Assembly: GCA_963790775.1 (NCBI GenBank)
Contig: CAWBPR010000012.1
Span: 2,763-66,762 of the forward strand
Direction of reading: 5' to 3'
DNA: 64,000 nucleotides
Source of the DNA: an uncultured Gammaproteobacteria bacterium
GTDB taxonomy: Bacteria; Pseudomonadota; Gammaproteobacteria; Chromatiales; Chromatiaceae
Shown here: positions 35,702-44,992 of the stretch, piece by piece
Numbering within the stretch: the stretch's first letter is position 1
Layout: every line of letters starts with the position of its first letter
Translations under genes and position numbers: made by a program
The notes under the pieces: model-generated
Told to the model about the DNA's origin: nothing
Seen by the model: the letters and a program-made list of their open reading frames with translations, nothing else
Database searches by the model: none

Positions 35702-38530
35702 ATGTCGAAAACAAAGAAACACAGCAAACATTCCAAACAACGTACCCGACCATCAGGCTGGTTCACCAGTAACGCCGATGAGATCGAACGCCGACGTGAA
35801 CGTGGTCTCACTGGGGCATTCCAGATAGCACCCCTGTCACAGGACGATGATTTTTTCGGTGCCTATCAGATCAACTCCACTACCGAGCAGGCTTATCGGG
35901 TAGAAATTCGCTCTCTATCGGAACCCATCAACAGCTGTAACTGCCCCGACCACCGCATCAACGGTTTGGGTACCTGCAAGCATATCGAGGCAACGCTGAA
36001 CCGGCTCCAATACAGACGCAAGCGTGCTTTCAAGAATGCTGCGGGCGCGGGCAGCCCGTACATCGAAATTTTTCTGGATCGGCGCGATAACCAAATCCGA
36101 ATAGCCTGGCCAACAGGCAGCCACCAGCGTTCAAAGGCCAGCGAACTCCTCGCCCCTTTCTTTGGAGACGATAAGGTCCTGATAGGAAACCCACTGGATA
36201 AACTACCCGCCATGCAGCGGGTAATCAGTGCCTCTCATGGGATTGTCCAACGCAAGATCCGATTTTCCAGCGAACTGATCGCTTGGGTCGAGGTATTGGA
36301 CAGACAGCAACAACTGGCCCGTGCTCGGCAACACTTCGAGACCGAGGTGGCGTCCGGCAAGGCGAGTCTCGACCTCCTGGTAAAACATGCGCTGTATCCC
36401 TACCAGCAGGAGGGAATGCTACATTTGGCATTCACCGGTCGTGCCCTGCTGGCGGATGAGATGGGCTTGGGTAAGACGGTACAGGCCGTCGCTGCCTGTG
36501 AACTCCTGCACCGTATTAAGGACATTCAACGTGTATTGGTGATCTCCCCTGCTTCGCTCAAGGGCGAATGGGAAGAGCAGATCACCAAATTCACCAACCT
36601 GCCCTCGCGTATCATCCAGGGAGCACGCTCCAAACGTTTGCACCAATACAGGAAGGCCGGGTTTTTCTATCTTGCCAATTACGAGCAAATCCGCATGGAT
36701 GTTGAAGAGATCAACACCATCCTGGCACCAGATGTGATCATTCTCGACGAGGCACAACGCATCAAGAACTGGCAGACCAAGACAGCCATTTCGATTAAGC
36801 GGCTGATCAGCCCCTACGCCTTCGTGCTGACAGGCACGCCAGTGGAGAACCGCATCGACGAGATCTACTCCATCGTACAGTTCCTCGATCCACATATTTT
36901 CGGCCCCTTATTCCGCTTCAACCGGGATTTCTACCAACTGGACGAAAAAGGGCACGCGAGCGGCTACAAAAACATCGACAAACTACATACACGACTGCAG
37001 TCCGTCATGCTGCGCCGGCGCAAAGAGGATGTGGAGGGGCAACTGCCAGGCCGCACGGTAAACACCTATTTCGTTCCCATGCACAACGAACAGCATCTGC
37101 GCTATGAAGAGTACGAGTCGAAGGTGGCGCGTCTGGCCGCTATGGCGAGAAATCGACCATTGAAAAAAGAGGAAATGGAACGGCTTCAGCAATACCTGGC
37201 CTGCATGCGTATGCTTTGCGACACGCCTTACATTCTTGATCAGGATTGCCGCATCTCTCCCAAGTTGAAAGAGCTCGTCACCATCCTCCAGGAAATTCTG
37301 GAGGATGGTGATCACAAGATCATTATCTTTTCCGAGTGGCAGCGCATGCTGGAATTAGTGCGGGAGCAGACCAGAGAGATGGGCTTGGATCACGCCTGGC
37401 ATACTGGCGAAGTTCCACAGCCCAAACGCCGCGAAGAGATCCGTCGCTTCAAGGACGATCCTGAATGCCGGCTTTTCCTCTCCACTGATTCCGGTTCCGT
37501 CGGGCTCAACCTGCAGGCGGCTGATGTCGTAATCAACCTGGATATGCCATGGAACCCAGCCAAGCTGGAACAGCGCATCGCGCGCGCCTGGCGCAAACAT
37601 CAAAAGCGTCCAGTACAAGTGATCAATCTGGTAACCGAACACTCCATCGAGCACCGCATGCTCTCGCTACTGGAGCAGAAACGCTTACTGGCCGAGGGTG
37701 TGGTGGACGGTAAGGGTGACAATGAAATGAGCCTGCCCTCCGGTCGTGCCGCCTTTCTGGAGCGGCTTGACGCCCTGATGGCGTGTGAAGCAAGTAAACC
37801 GCACAAACCACCCACTGATCCGATCGATCATTTAAGGGATGCAATCCTTACCCAATGGAGCCCTCAACTGGAACTCATCGAGTTGCATGGCGAAGGGGAG
37901 CAACTGACGTTGCTGGTGGTGGCTGACCGGCCGCATGACTCCCTACAGAACGCCCTTACCGATCAAATACAGGAACACTTTCCCGAGCAGACACCACAGT
38001 TACAATTACTTGACACGAAAGCTTACGCAACCATCCAGCAATTGATCGAGACCGGCATCTTGAGCGCCAACCTGGATTCGGCCAGAACCTTGTACCGGGC
38101 ACCTATCGGTGATAGGGCAAAAGATAGCGGACAATCTAAACGACTATCCGAGGCTCAAGATCGTTTCCGCCAGGGTGATCACAAACGACGGATGGCGAAA
38201 GTACTGGCCGACGGAAGCTTTGTTCTGGAGGCGCTCGACCCGATGTGTGAGGTCGTGGAGACGGCGCTGCAAGCCCTGGTAATATGGCAGAGTCATGATG
38301 CTGAGATACCCCTGGAACTGGGATTGATCGAATCCGCACTGATTCGAACGAACCTGTTGCCAGCTAAAACCCTATCCCTGGTCGCACGTCTGCGGGATAA
38401 GCAAGACGAACTGGATAAAGCTCAGGCACACAAACTGCTTACACAAAGCGAAAGCTTCCTTTCGCAGGCAGCTGCATTATTGGAATTGGGTAAAGAACCA
38501 AGGATTAACGCAAACCAGCAGGTGAGATGA
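35702..38530 (+). CDS. SWIM zinc-finger + SNF2-family helicase (YwqA-like), about 250-aa C-terminal region of unknown function
   Basis: The start is trimmed to MSKTKKHSK. SWIM motif: CNCPDHRINGLGTCKHIEA. Helicase motifs: LLADEMGLGKT (I), ILDEAQRIKN (II), LTGTPVENR (III), and a C-terminal lobe with LSTDSGSVGLNLQAAD..WNPAKLEQRIARAWRKHQ. Confidence 0.88.
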   Translation: MSKTKKHSKHSKQRTRPSGWFTSNADEIERRRERGLTGAFQIAPLSQDDDFFGAYQINSTTEQAYRVEIRSLSEPINSCNCPDHRINGLGTCKHIEATLNRLQYRRKRAFKNAAGAGSPYIEIFLDRRDNQIRIAWPTGSHQRSKASELLAPFFGDDKVLIGNPLDKLPAMQRVISASHGIVQRKIRFSSELIAWVEVLDRQQQLARARQHFETEVASGKASLDLLVKHALYPYQQEGMLHLAFTGRALLADEMGLGKTVQAVAACELLHRIKDIQRVLVISPASLKGEWEEQITKFTNLPSRIIQGARSKRLHQYRKAGFFYLANYEQIRMDVEEINTILAPDVIILDEAQRIKNWQTKTAISIKRLISPYAFVLTGTPVENRIDEIYSIVQFLDPHIFGPLFRFNRDFYQLDEKGHASGYKNIDKLHTRLQSVMLRRRKEDVEGQLPGRTVNTYFVPMHNEQHLRYEEYESKVARLAAMARNRPLKKEEMERLQQYLACMRMLCDTPYILDQDCRISPKLKELVTILQEILEDGDHKIIIFSEWQRMLELVREQTREMGLDHAWHTGEVPQPKRREEIRRFKDDPECRLFLSTDSGSVGLNLQAADVVINLDMPWNPAKLEQRIARAWRKHQKRPVQVINLVTEHSIEHRMLSLLEQKRLLAEGVVDGKGDNEMSLPSGRAAFLERLDALMACEASKPHKPPTDPIDHLRDAILTQWSPQLELIELHGEGEQLTLLVVADRPHDSLQNALTDQIQEHFPEQTPQLQLLDTKAYATIQQLIETGILSANLDSARTLYRAPIGDRAKDSGQSKRLSEAQDRFRQGDHKRRMAKVLADGSFVLEALDPMCEVVETALQALVIWQSHDAEIPLELGLIESALIRTNLLPAKTLSLVARLRDKQDELDKAQAHKLLTQSESFLSQAAALLELGKEPRINANQQVR

Positions 38531-38848
38531 TGCGTGTCAACCAACCCCGAGTTAGTTCTTGATTAACATAACCGCGCTATCCGTCACCTAATTACGAAGA
38601 TTTTACTGATCCCTTAACGGAGACTCTAAACACTGCCTATGAACTAGAAACCATGGCAAAGACACTACCCTATAACTGGTGTCCACGTGTTTTCGTTATC
38701 CATACGCGTGAGATCACCCACTTTTCTTTCTTAATTAGGCCGATTGTAGCGGGTCTAGGCTGTTTATAATTGTGTTTATACCCGGCCCTTTTGAGCACAA
38801 AATAAGACACCTGATTTCGTCTTAACTAATTGATTTAATTGTTATTAA

Positions 38849-38892
38849 TGGAGGCTGAGCCCGGAATCGAACCGAGGTATACGGCTTTGCAG
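38849..38892 (-). repeat. tRNA-Cys 3' fragment, copy 2 of the 44-bp direct repeat
   Basis: Identical to 33994-34037 over 44 nt (TGGAGGCTGAGCCCGGAATCGAACCGAGGTATACGGCTTTGCAG), then diverges. The 5' anticodon-stem strand here (GCGGA) mispairs and no acceptor 5' strand is present. Confidence 0.75.
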
Positions 38893-39651
38893 TCCGCTTC
38901 TCTACTATTATTATCAATTGGTTACTAGCTATACCACTCGTTATGCCACTCAATTGGGCATAATTTTCCCATTCTGTACTGATCAAATTCTCTTTCTTTG
39001 GTTTCTGCTTGAGTAACAATTCGCAAAAGTCAGTTATCGAGGGATTCGAACCCTCGATGTTTCATTGTTTTTCTATAGGTTACTAAGACTTCATGTCCAG
39101 ATCATGCCTTAATGGTACACGAAACTCTCGAAAGGGGTAAAAGCGTCTACTTCAAATTGCTCTCTGTACGCAACACGAAGTCATCCTGCCGTTTTCCAGA
39201 CACCGATTCACAAATGACGTAATCCTGACACGGAGATTTTCAGTCCATTGGATACTAAATTATTATTATATATTCAATGAGTTACCGTGGTGCCCGTTGC
39301 TCATCTTTGCACCACGATGCAGGACAGCGCATAATTCATTCACGCAAAATTCCCGCATGGATTATTCATGAAGAATAGACCGACCAACGTTACTCGTACA
39401 TGACTACCCTGCTCTACCAAGTTCATTAAATAGCGACACGAATCCTTGTTCGGAGTTCGGCTCTACCCCCTCAATACCACGGCTCTTCGACACTAACAAT
39501 GACCGAGAATTACTGATTGGCGTCGCTTATGAAAAACACCAAGAACATCAAGCTAAGGAGGGACAATAGTAATCGAACCTCCATTTGCATCACTCAATGC
39601 ATTCACTCCCAAAACTGAGATATATTTAGACTCCAAGAGGAGTATAAGAGC

Positions 39652-39912
39652 ATGGCTATGTTGACCATTCGTAATCTCGACGATGAGGTCAAGGACGACT
39701 CAGCATGAGGGCCGCCAGACACGGTTGCTCCATGGAGGAAGAAGCACGGCAGATTCTGCGTCAAGCGCTGTCTGAAAAGACGTCAGAAAAGGGGCTGGCC
39801 AGCCGTATTCATAAACGGGTGGTGGAGACGACTGGCGGTGTGGAGCTGGAGCTGCCGGCACACTCTCAACCCCGTCCAGCTCTCGATTTTTCAGGAGGTA
39901 GTGCGCGATTCT
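39652..39912 (+). pseudogene. vapB: vapB/fitA-type (Arc/RHH) antitoxin, frameshifted
   Basis: MAMLTIRNLDDEVKD stops at 39706-39708. The expected continuation RLSMRAARHGCSMEEEARQILRQAL..GGVELELP.. is in the +1 frame (the ORF at 39705). This implies a 1-nt indel near 39695. The 3' limit is approximate. Confidence 0.7.
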
Positions 39913-40332
39913 GCTGGACACCAATGTGCTGTCCTAACTGATGAAACCTGCGCCGGAATTTGCGGTAATACAATGGCTGGATGCACAGCTGGATAGCCAG
40001 GTTTTCTTGCCCGCTGTCACCAAGGCCGAGATTGAACTCGGTATAAGCTTTGTGGCCCAACGGGAAACACAAGAATACGTTTACCCGACTGGCCGGCGCA
40101 GTGTTCGACGAGTTTCGGGACCGAATCCTTCCCTACGATGCTAGCGATGCCTCCTACTATGCCAACTTGGTTGCCACCGCCTGGAAGACTGGCCGCTCCA
40201 TCCCGGTGGAGGATGCCCGGATCGCCGCCATCACCCAGGAAAACCGATTGACTCTGGAAACACGCAACACCAAGAATTTCGAATTCATTACCGATTTTTT
40301 TATTGATCAATCCATGGCAAATAACCGGTTAA
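39901..40332 (+). pseudogene. vapC: vapC/fitB-type PIN toxin with one nonsense codon and about three frameshifts
   Basis: GTG (39901, AGGAGG upstream), then an extra G at 39907. ILLDTNVLS is followed by TAA (39935-39937) where Glu is expected, then LMKPAPEFAVIQWLDAQ... There is a frame switch near 40050 to PNGKHKNTF..RILPYDASDASYYANL..DARIAAITQENRLTLETRNTKNF. A final switch in the T7 run (40294-40300) leads to LINPW. Confidence 0.75.
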
Positions 40333-40410
40333 CCCAAAGCAACCGTTCGATCTAATTCGATATTCCAATAAGGAAGATCATGTCGGTCAACCGAAACACC
40401 GACAGTCTGT

Positions 40411-41394
40411 TCAACGGGAAGCAAGCCTGCCGACAAGACCGGCAAGCTGTGCCAACCAGTGCTTCTTTTTCGCCTGATAGGTGACTTCATACAAATCAGC
40501 TGTTGCACTGGCGGTGAGCAGATAGTCGTCACTGGTTTGCAGTTCGTCGACCAACTTGAGTTCTCGGGCCTCAGCGCCGAACCAGTGTTCGCCGTTGGCG
40601 ACGACTTCTATGTCGAGGGCCTGACGGTGGGTCTTAAGAAAGGTCTTGAATAGGGTATGGGCTGTCTCCACCTCTTCCTGCAGTTTTGCTCGGCCAGCCT
40701 CGGTAGTCTCGCCGAACAGGGTCACGGTTCTTTTGTATTCGCCGGCCGTGAACTGTTCAAAATCCACATCATGGTTTTTCAGCAACCGATTGAAATTGGG
40801 AATCTGGGAAACAACCCCAATCGAGCCGATCACGGCGAAAGGAGCCGCGATAAGAAGATCGGCGACACAGGCCATCATGTAACCCCCGCTGGCCGCGACC
40901 TTATCGACCGTTATCGTCAGCGGAATACCTCGTTCCTTTATGCGAACCAGTTGGGACGCCGCCAGTCCATAGGCGTGAACGACACCACCCGAGCTTTCCA
41001 AACGGACTACCACCTCGTCTTGGGGCTCCGCCACGGATAATATCGCCGTCACCTCTTCCCTTAGGGAGGTAACGCCAGATGCGATAATATCGCCATGGAA
41101 GTTCAGCACGAAAACCCGGCGTCTGGGTTGCTGCTCGGCTGAAGCCTTATCTGACTGATCTTTGTCTGCTTTTTTCAGCAGTTTCCGCAAGCTCTTTTTG
41201 GGCTGCATAGCCGCCTTCATACTGTTCTGCATGCGTTCGTACTGCCGATTCAGATTCTTTATCTGAATCATTTCTCTGCCTTCATGCCTCGCCCGGGACA
41301 AGAGAGCAACGATGCCAGCCAGTGTGGCCAGAATGAGTACAAACAGGGTCAGCCCCTTGGCAAGAAACAGTAGATACTCACTCATTATGTCCAT
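40411..41394 (-). CDS. sohB: SohB-type S49 peptidase
   Basis: The start is trimmed to MDIMSEYLLFLAKGL (E. coli SohB starts similarly). Motifs present are VFVLNFHGDI, VVRLESSGGVVHAYG and DKVAASGGYMMAC. Confidence 0.85.
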   Translation of the reverse strand: MDIMSEYLLFLAKGLTLFVLILATLAGIVALLSRARHEGREMIQIKNLNRQYERMQNSMKAAMQPKKSLRKLLKKADKDQSDKASAEQQPRRRVFVLNFHGDIIASGVTSLREEVTAILSVAEPQDEVVVRLESSGGVVHAYGLAASQLVRIKERGIPLTITVDKVAASGGYMMACVADLLIAAPFAVIGSIGVVSQIPNFNRLLKNHDVDFEQFTAGEYKRTVTLFGETTEAGRAKLQEEVETAHTLFKTFLKTHRQALDIEVVANGEHWFGAEARELKLVDELQTSDDYLLTASATADLYEVTYQAKKKHWLAQLAGLVGRLASR

Positions 41395-41620
41395 GACAGC
41401 ATTCCGCACTACCCTCGAAACGGTGGATTTGATGATCAAGGATCATCGAAGCAATATGCCGAGTTTAATTGAAAATCACGAGATCCCATACCTGCGGATA
41501 CGCAGGGCCGGAGAACATCAGGCAACGACAACGGTTAGGCAGTGCCAAACGAATGCCAGGAAGCAGACATGTCGATGTTCGACCGATGGTGTCCCTCCCG
41601 AAAACTCATATCACACACTA

Positions 41621-41887
41621 TCACGCTGCCAACCGTTCATAATGGTGATGTAGGCCACCGACTTCTGGAAATTACACTACCTTTCCAAGAGTTGGTAGCT
41701 GCACCGATTGAGACTCAAGACTATCCACCCCTCGCGACAGATGTGTGCGCCAACGATGATAATAGTTGAAATGGCTGGTTAGGTTTCGTTTGCCAATACC
41801 TCCCCCCGTGTCGGTACACTTACCTTTCAATATTAAGGATAGTCTGTGTGTTGGAAAGCAGTTACGTTGAGGAATAAGGCCATCCAT
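41621..41887 (-). pseudogene. C-terminal remnant of a DDE (rve/integrase-core) transposase with an in-frame TAA
   Basis: ..LTSHFNYYHRWRTHLS..SQSVQLPTLGKVV-TAA-FPEVGGLHHHYERLAA-stop. This matches the conserved C-terminal tail of a common rve-family transposase (..YYHRSRTHLSL...P..GKV...P.VGGLHHRYER.AA). No N-terminal or catalytic part is present. Confidence 0.6.
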
Positions 41888-41942
41888 TTAACGATAACTT
41901 GCGTTAATATGACCCTGTCACTCAACTGCCTCAACGCAATCC

Positions 41943-42611
41943 ATGGCTGCCAAGAAAGTACGCACACTGCACATCCAACGCTATCTTTTGAGCGGGATCG
42001 TTACGCTTATCCCGCTTTGGGTGACCTGGCTGATCTTCGAGTATGTCTTTAAACAACTCTCCAAACTGGGTACGCCCTGGGTGCGGGTCTTTTCCAAAAG
42101 CATTCAGGGCGAATACCCTTCCGTTGCTCAATGGCTTTTAGAACCATGGTTTCGTAATACCTTCGCCGTACTGCTGATGCTGTTAGGCCTCTACCTGGTC
42201 GGATGGCTTGCCAGCCGCGTGGTTGGGCGCCGCCTGCTCAACGCATTCGATGCTGCTGTCGAGCGCCTGCCTATGATCCAGAACGTCTACCGTCTGGTGA
42301 AAAAGCTCATCTCGGCGCTCCAACAAAAGCCCGAAAAAGTGCAACAGGTCGTACTCATCGAATTCCCGTCACCAGAGATGAAGACAGTCGGATTCGTGAC
42401 CCGCACTATGGTGGACAAGCACAGCGGCAAAGAGCTGGCGGCGGTCTATGTGCCGACCACGCCAAATCCCACATCGGGCTACCTGGAGATCGTGCCGATC
42501 GACAAACTCGTTTCCACGGACTGGAGCATGGACGAAGCGATGAACTTCATCATCTCGGGTGGTGCCGTCGCGCCTGAACACGTGCCCTATACGAAACAGG
42601 GCACAGACTGA
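41943..42611 (+). CDS. DUF502-family membrane protein
   Basis: 222 aa with two N-terminal TM helices. The conserved tail is VGFVT..VYVPTTPNPTSGYLEIVP..MDEAMNFIISGG. Confidence 0.8.
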   Translation: MAAKKVRTLHIQRYLLSGIVTLIPLWVTWLIFEYVFKQLSKLGTPWVRVFSKSIQGEYPSVAQWLLEPWFRNTFAVLLMLLGLYLVGWLASRVVGRRLLNAFDAAVERLPMIQNVYRLVKKLISALQQKPEKVQQVVLIEFPSPEMKTVGFVTRTMVDKHSGKELAAVYVPTTPNPTSGYLEIVPIDKLVSTDWSMDEAMNFIISGGAVAPEHVPYTKQGTD

Positions 42612-43185
42612 CATGAGAATTTTCTGTCAGACCACCGCTCAGTGTCATATGGTGAGGATTACGTGGAGTCACGCGAAGCGACTCCACGTACTGCAATGAT
42701 TAAATTGTGAAATTAAAATATGACCATGGCGATTATATGCACCAGTTTTCATCCACGTTGGCACGAACCCGCCAACGCTCGCGCTGCATGCCAACAAAGT
42801 TGCGTTCCAAAGTCGTACCATTATGTTGTGATATGTCAGGCAATGTTGACCACTTGTTTCCACCCATTCACCTGCATTCACTAGACCTAAAGTATCGACC
42901 TCGACACTGTATTTCACAAGCGACAGGTTGACAGGATTCCATCGAAACTGAATATAAGCGGCTAATGATCGAATACGCCTTCTTTTTGAGGTTGCTCGAG
43001 CTGCGGTCCCTTCTTCCACCAGGTTAAGGTAGGATGTGAGTATCCATCCAGACTAATTTTCTTGTATAAATGGTGCTTTTACCGATTACCAGATCAAGCT
43101 GATTAAACTTATGTGGCTCTTGCAAAGCAAAACAGTATCAATGCAATGGCTGATGTGTCGAAAGCGTTTCAACTCAGGCTGATCT

Positions 43186-43905
43186 ATGAGTATTCGGGTT
43201 GGCACATCTGGATGGAGCTATGACCATTGGAAAGGACGCTTCTACCCTGAGGGTCTGGCAAAAAGCCATTGGTTCCATTTTTATGCGCAACATTTCAACA
43301 CAGTTGAGGTGAATGCAACCTTTTATCGCCGCTTCGCGGATGAGACTTACCATAAATGGAGGGAGCAAGCGCCTGATGGTTTTCGTTATGTCCTGAAAAC
43401 ACCACGCCTCATTACCCATCAGTACCAGCTGAATAATGTCACAGAACTGATTTCCGATTTCAGCCGATCATGCCATCTTCTCGAAGAAAAATTAGGACTG
43501 ATTCTTCTGCAGTTACCACCGAATATGCCATATAACCCGGAGCGACTGAGCACTGCCCTGCACTACTTTGACAATCCTTCACTTGTCGTCGTTGAATTTC
43601 GACACCAGCAGTGGCTGACTCAGGAGACATTTACCTTGCTCGGGAAATTGGGTGCAAACTACTGCAATCCAGACTCCCCTGATCATCAGTTAACGGGCCT
43701 CCTTACCGGTAAACATGGCTATCTACGGCTCCACGGCCGTAGACAATGGTATGCCGATAAGTACAATCACAGGGAGTTGCAGTCAATTGCTGAAACCGCA
43801 AGACAGCTGCAGGACCAAGGGGCGAAGGAAGTCTTCATCTTCTTCAACAACGACTTTGAGGGGTATGCCCCGGAAAATGCCGCTGACCTACTACAACTGC
43901 TGTGA
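43186..43905 (+). CDS. DUF72 (YecE-like) family protein
   Basis: 239 aa. Motifs present are IRVGTSGWSYDHWKGRFYP, FNTVEVNATFYR, EFRHQQW and LRLHG, typical of DUF72. Confidence 0.85.
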   Translation: MSIRVGTSGWSYDHWKGRFYPEGLAKSHWFHFYAQHFNTVEVNATFYRRFADETYHKWREQAPDGFRYVLKTPRLITHQYQLNNVTELISDFSRSCHLLEEKLGLILLQLPPNMPYNPERLSTALHYFDNPSLVVVEFRHQQWLTQETFTLLGKLGANYCNPDSPDHQLTGLLTGKHGYLRLHGRRQWYADKYNHRELQSIAETARQLQDQGAKEVFIFFNNDFEGYAPENAADLLQLL

Positions 43906-44180
43906 CGATTGTCCCAGTGAGTGAACGAACAATAATACAGTAGCAGGAAGACGCCCCCTCGGACTAGCCGGGATTTACGATGAAAAATGACGCCTCAAAG
44001 CTGTCCGGTATCGGCTTCTCCAGCCAGGTATTCATAACGGATCATTGATGCTGTCAAGGCACTGGGTAGCTGCTGATTTGCTATCATTTAAATAGAACCA
44101 TCAGGTGGTCCAGCAGCATTGACAAATGTCGCTTTCGTTAGCGAAAAGATGATCTCAAAAGCGTTCAATCAACACAGACC

Positions 44181-44972
44181 ATGAGTATCAAGATGATCAA
44201 GGGCCGTCTTTACATGCTACCGGCCATTCTCTGCAGCCTGCTGACGAACTGGGCGTGGGCCGAGACCGCCAACATCGAACGTGGTCGCCTGTTATACGAA
44301 AATCACTGCCTGGCCTGCCATGAAAGCCAGGTACACATACGGAACAATCAAAAAGTACACACCCTGGGTGGCGTCAACCGGGAAGTGATTCGCTGGTCTG
44401 AAGAGCTGAAACTCACATGGCGCGCCAGTGAGATCAACGATGTCTCCCACTACCTTTACCGGACCTTCTATCTCGGCAACGTCAAACATCGAGGTGATCC
44501 TATGAGCTTGAAGCTGACCTCTTCCTCCTTTTTAGCCGACAGTCCCATTCCCTCCCGTTATACCTGCACCGAAGCGGATATCTCCCCGGCGCTGAGCTGG
44601 TTTGGCATTCCTGCCGGCACGCAGAGTCTTGCACTGATCGTGGACGATCCTGACGCACCCGATCCGGCGGCGCCGAAAATGACCTGGGTACACTGGGTGC
44701 TTTACAATCTACCCCCCGAGACGCAGGGACTCCCGGAAGCCGTCGACACAGATGATCTACCCCAAGGCACGCTTGAGGGCATCAACGACTGGAAACGCAC
44801 CGGCTACGGCGGCCCCTGCCCGCCCATCGGCAGGCATCGCTACTTTTTCAAACTCTATGCCCTTGACAGTCTGCTACCCGATCTTAAGCAGCCTACAAAA
44901 GCACAACTGGAACAGGCGATGCAGGGGCATATACTCGAGCAGGTGGAATTGATGGGCACCTACCAGAAATAG
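44181..44972 (+). CDS. single ORF encoding a signal peptide + monohaem cytochrome c domain + YbhB/YbcL (PEBP) domain
   Basis: The N-terminus is a signal peptide (LPAILCSLLTNWAWA) plus CLACH. From MSLKLTSSSF onward it is a complete PEBP/YbhB fold (ISPALSW, DDPDAP, WVHWVLYNLP, GYGGPCPP.GRHRYFFKLYAL). There is no stop between the halves. An internal GAGGTGA-N4-ATG lies at the PEBP start (about 44491-44504). Confidence 0.75.
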   Translation: MSIKMIKGRLYMLPAILCSLLTNWAWAETANIERGRLLYENHCLACHESQVHIRNNQKVHTLGGVNREVIRWSEELKLTWRASEINDVSHYLYRTFYLGNVKHRGDPMSLKLTSSSFLADSPIPSRYTCTEADISPALSWFGIPAGTQSLALIVDDPDAPDPAAPKMTWVHWVLYNLPPETQGLPEAVDTDDLPQGTLEGINDWKRTGYGGPCPPIGRHRYFFKLYALDSLLPDLKQPTKAQLEQAMQGHILEQVELMGTYQK

Positions 44973-44992
44973 CCGTTTTTGCAACTCAACCG

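Noticed and set aside
33994-38930. Calling either tRNA-Cys-like element an intact tRNA gene.
   Set aside because: The 5' acceptor strand complementary to CTCAGCC and a D arm are absent next to both copies. Copy 2 also has a mispaired anticodon stem.
38822-39019. A 65-aa ORF on the minus strand.
   Set aside because: It reads straight through the tRNA-Cys fragment and AT-rich spacer, so it is almost certainly spurious.
42669-43019. A 116-aa minus-strand ORF in the AT-rich gap between the DUF502 and DUF72 genes.
   Set aside because: There is no recognisable motif, SD or partner, and the composition differs from neighbouring genes. I cannot support it as a gene, although it might be a remnant of something.
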